Source: Candidatus Poribacteria bacterium (GTDB lineage Bacteria; Poribacteria; WGA-4E; WGA-3G). Taken from it: a DNA stretch of 64,000 nt. The translations under genes were made by a program, and so were the position numbers. The number at the start of each line of letters is the position of its first letter. Position 1 is the first letter of the stretch. This document shows positions 62,758-64,000 of the stretch, piece by piece. The notes beneath the pieces were generated by a model, which searched no databases, was not told where the DNA came from, and saw only the letters and a list, made by a program, of their open reading frames with translations. The stretch lies in NCBI GenBank assembly GCA_963663765.2, contig CAXXUA010000008.1, positions 1 through 64,000 of the forward strand. The letters are read 5' to 3'.

Positions 62758-63870
62758 TTAATTACTCTCCCAAGGGGCTACTTCGGCAACTGCAGCTGGT
62801 GCGGGGAAGCGACTTGAAACATCTACAGGTTTACCCAAGTCAGATGATTCAATCACACGTTCACATACCTCTAACACATGGCGCGCTTGTGCGCCATTAC
62901 ACCTTGGAAGTCTGTCATTTCTTATTGCATCAGCAAAGTCTGCAACACCTTTACCCCAATCCAGTCCAGTAAACGCTTTTGAGGGAGAGGGTTCATTTTG
63001 CCATCCAGATTGCGGTGTAAATTTCTTGATTCCGCGCCCATCGTCATGGGCTTGAATTGAAAATGCACCTTTCGTACCGTGAATCTCATAGGGCGGAATT
63101 TGGGAGGTTACCGTAAAACTATGGTAAATAAGACCTTGTGTTCCATCTGCAAGTGGCACTTCAAACTCAAGCACTGCAAAACCGTGATCTTTTTCTGTGA
63201 CCTCAAACGAGGTGCCTTGACGCGGACCTTGTGTTAGCACACGTTTAGGAACAGCAACCCTCGCAAACCCATGAACCGTTTTCACTGGACCTATCATTGT
63301 TGTCATCGCAGTTAATGGATACGGAGCAACATCACGAAAAGGTCCCGCATGTTTCAAAAACGCATCCGCATTCGGATGCCAATGTTCCAATGGTCCCCCA
63401 AAATTACCTATCGTGGAAATCACATCACCAATCTCACCCTCACGTATCCGCTGCCACACATTCTGCTGAACATACCCAAGTATTGCTGATGGCGCACATG
63501 CAAGTTTCAATCCCATTGTATCTGCTGTCTCTACAAGTTCATTCGCTTCATCTGTCCTAATCGAAATCGGTTTCTCAGAATATACATGCTTCCCCGCTTT
63601 CAATGCAGCAAGTGAAACCGGATAGTGTGAGATATGGATAGTTAGATTTACTATTGCCTCTACATGCGGATCGTTGAATACCGCTTCAAGCGATGAATAT
63701 ACTTTACCACCACCTCTCTCTGCCAACGCAGAAGCACGTTCTACGTCTTGATCGTAATATCCTATCAACTCAATCTTATCTGGATAGGCTTGACAACGAG
63801 GTTGATAACCACCTGATGCAATCATACCACATCCAACAATCACTGTTCGCAAAGGGCTACTCTTAGACAT
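62758..63870 (-). CDS. Gfo/Idh/MocA family oxidoreductase
   Basis: IVGCGMI and AGKHVYSEKP; start set to MSKSS after RBS GGAGG. Confidence 0.88.
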   Translation of the reverse strand: MSKSSPLRTVIVGCGMIASGGYQPRCQAYPDKIELIGYYDQDVERASALAERGGGKVYSSLEAVFNDPHVEAIVNLTIHISHYPVSLAALKAGKHVYSEKPISIRTDEANELVETADTMGLKLACAPSAILGYVQQNVWQRIREGEIGDVISTIGNFGGPLEHWHPNADAFLKHAGPFRDVAPYPLTAMTTMIGPVKTVHGFARVAVPKRVLTQGPRQGTSFEVTEKDHGFAVLEFEVPLADGTQGLIYHSFTVTSQIPPYEIHGTKGAFSIQAHDDGRGIKKFTPQSGWQNEPSPSKAFTGLDWGKGVADFADAIRNDRLPRCNGAQARHVLEVCERVIESSDLGKPVDVSSRFPAPAAVAEVAPWESN

Positions 63871-64000
63871 TGTAATCCTCCAGTCTTTGATGTCGTTCAA
63901 TAAATACACATGCATAATAACAAAATTACAATCACATGCCAATCAGAAACAACAGCATAACCCTATTTTTGCTTGACATTTCAATCATAATCATTGTAAA

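Overview
AT-rich bacterial chromosomal window, heavily colonised by miniature mobile elements. Gene content (Uma2 paralogues, signal-peptide WD40 protein, PhyH dioxygenase, PQQ-propeller, BMC vertex protein, TPR lipoproteins) resembles Ca. Poribacteria-type sponge symbionts; this is an inference, not a database result. Housekeeping blocks are cytochrome c oxidase III/IV + SCO, hisH, ribD-ribE-ribBA-ribH, a sigma54 two-component pair, a GT9 and oxidoreductases. Main observations: (1) an apparent gene-cassette array at 46.5-48.3 kb in which each small unrelated ORF is bounded by a decayed copy of the 5' end of the downstream DNA methyltransferase-HNH gene; (2) a similarly built array at 30-40.7 kb of TPR lipoproteins with near-identical signal peptides and divergent bodies, joined by a conserved ~125-bp junction derived from the 5' end of a large secreted partner gene; (3) a cox/SCO-linked cluster in which four proteins carry six PCP_red-like helical domains, together with Mrp and an AhbD/NirJ-like radical SAM enzyme; (4) head-to-tail MITE arrays (10x156 bp with a junction promoter, 7x120 bp), nested MITEs and ~35-bp mini-elements; (5) a likely selenocysteine peroxiredoxin missed by the ORF track, a solo TnpB element, an IS630 and several pseudogenes. 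All calls are by eye, with no searches run.
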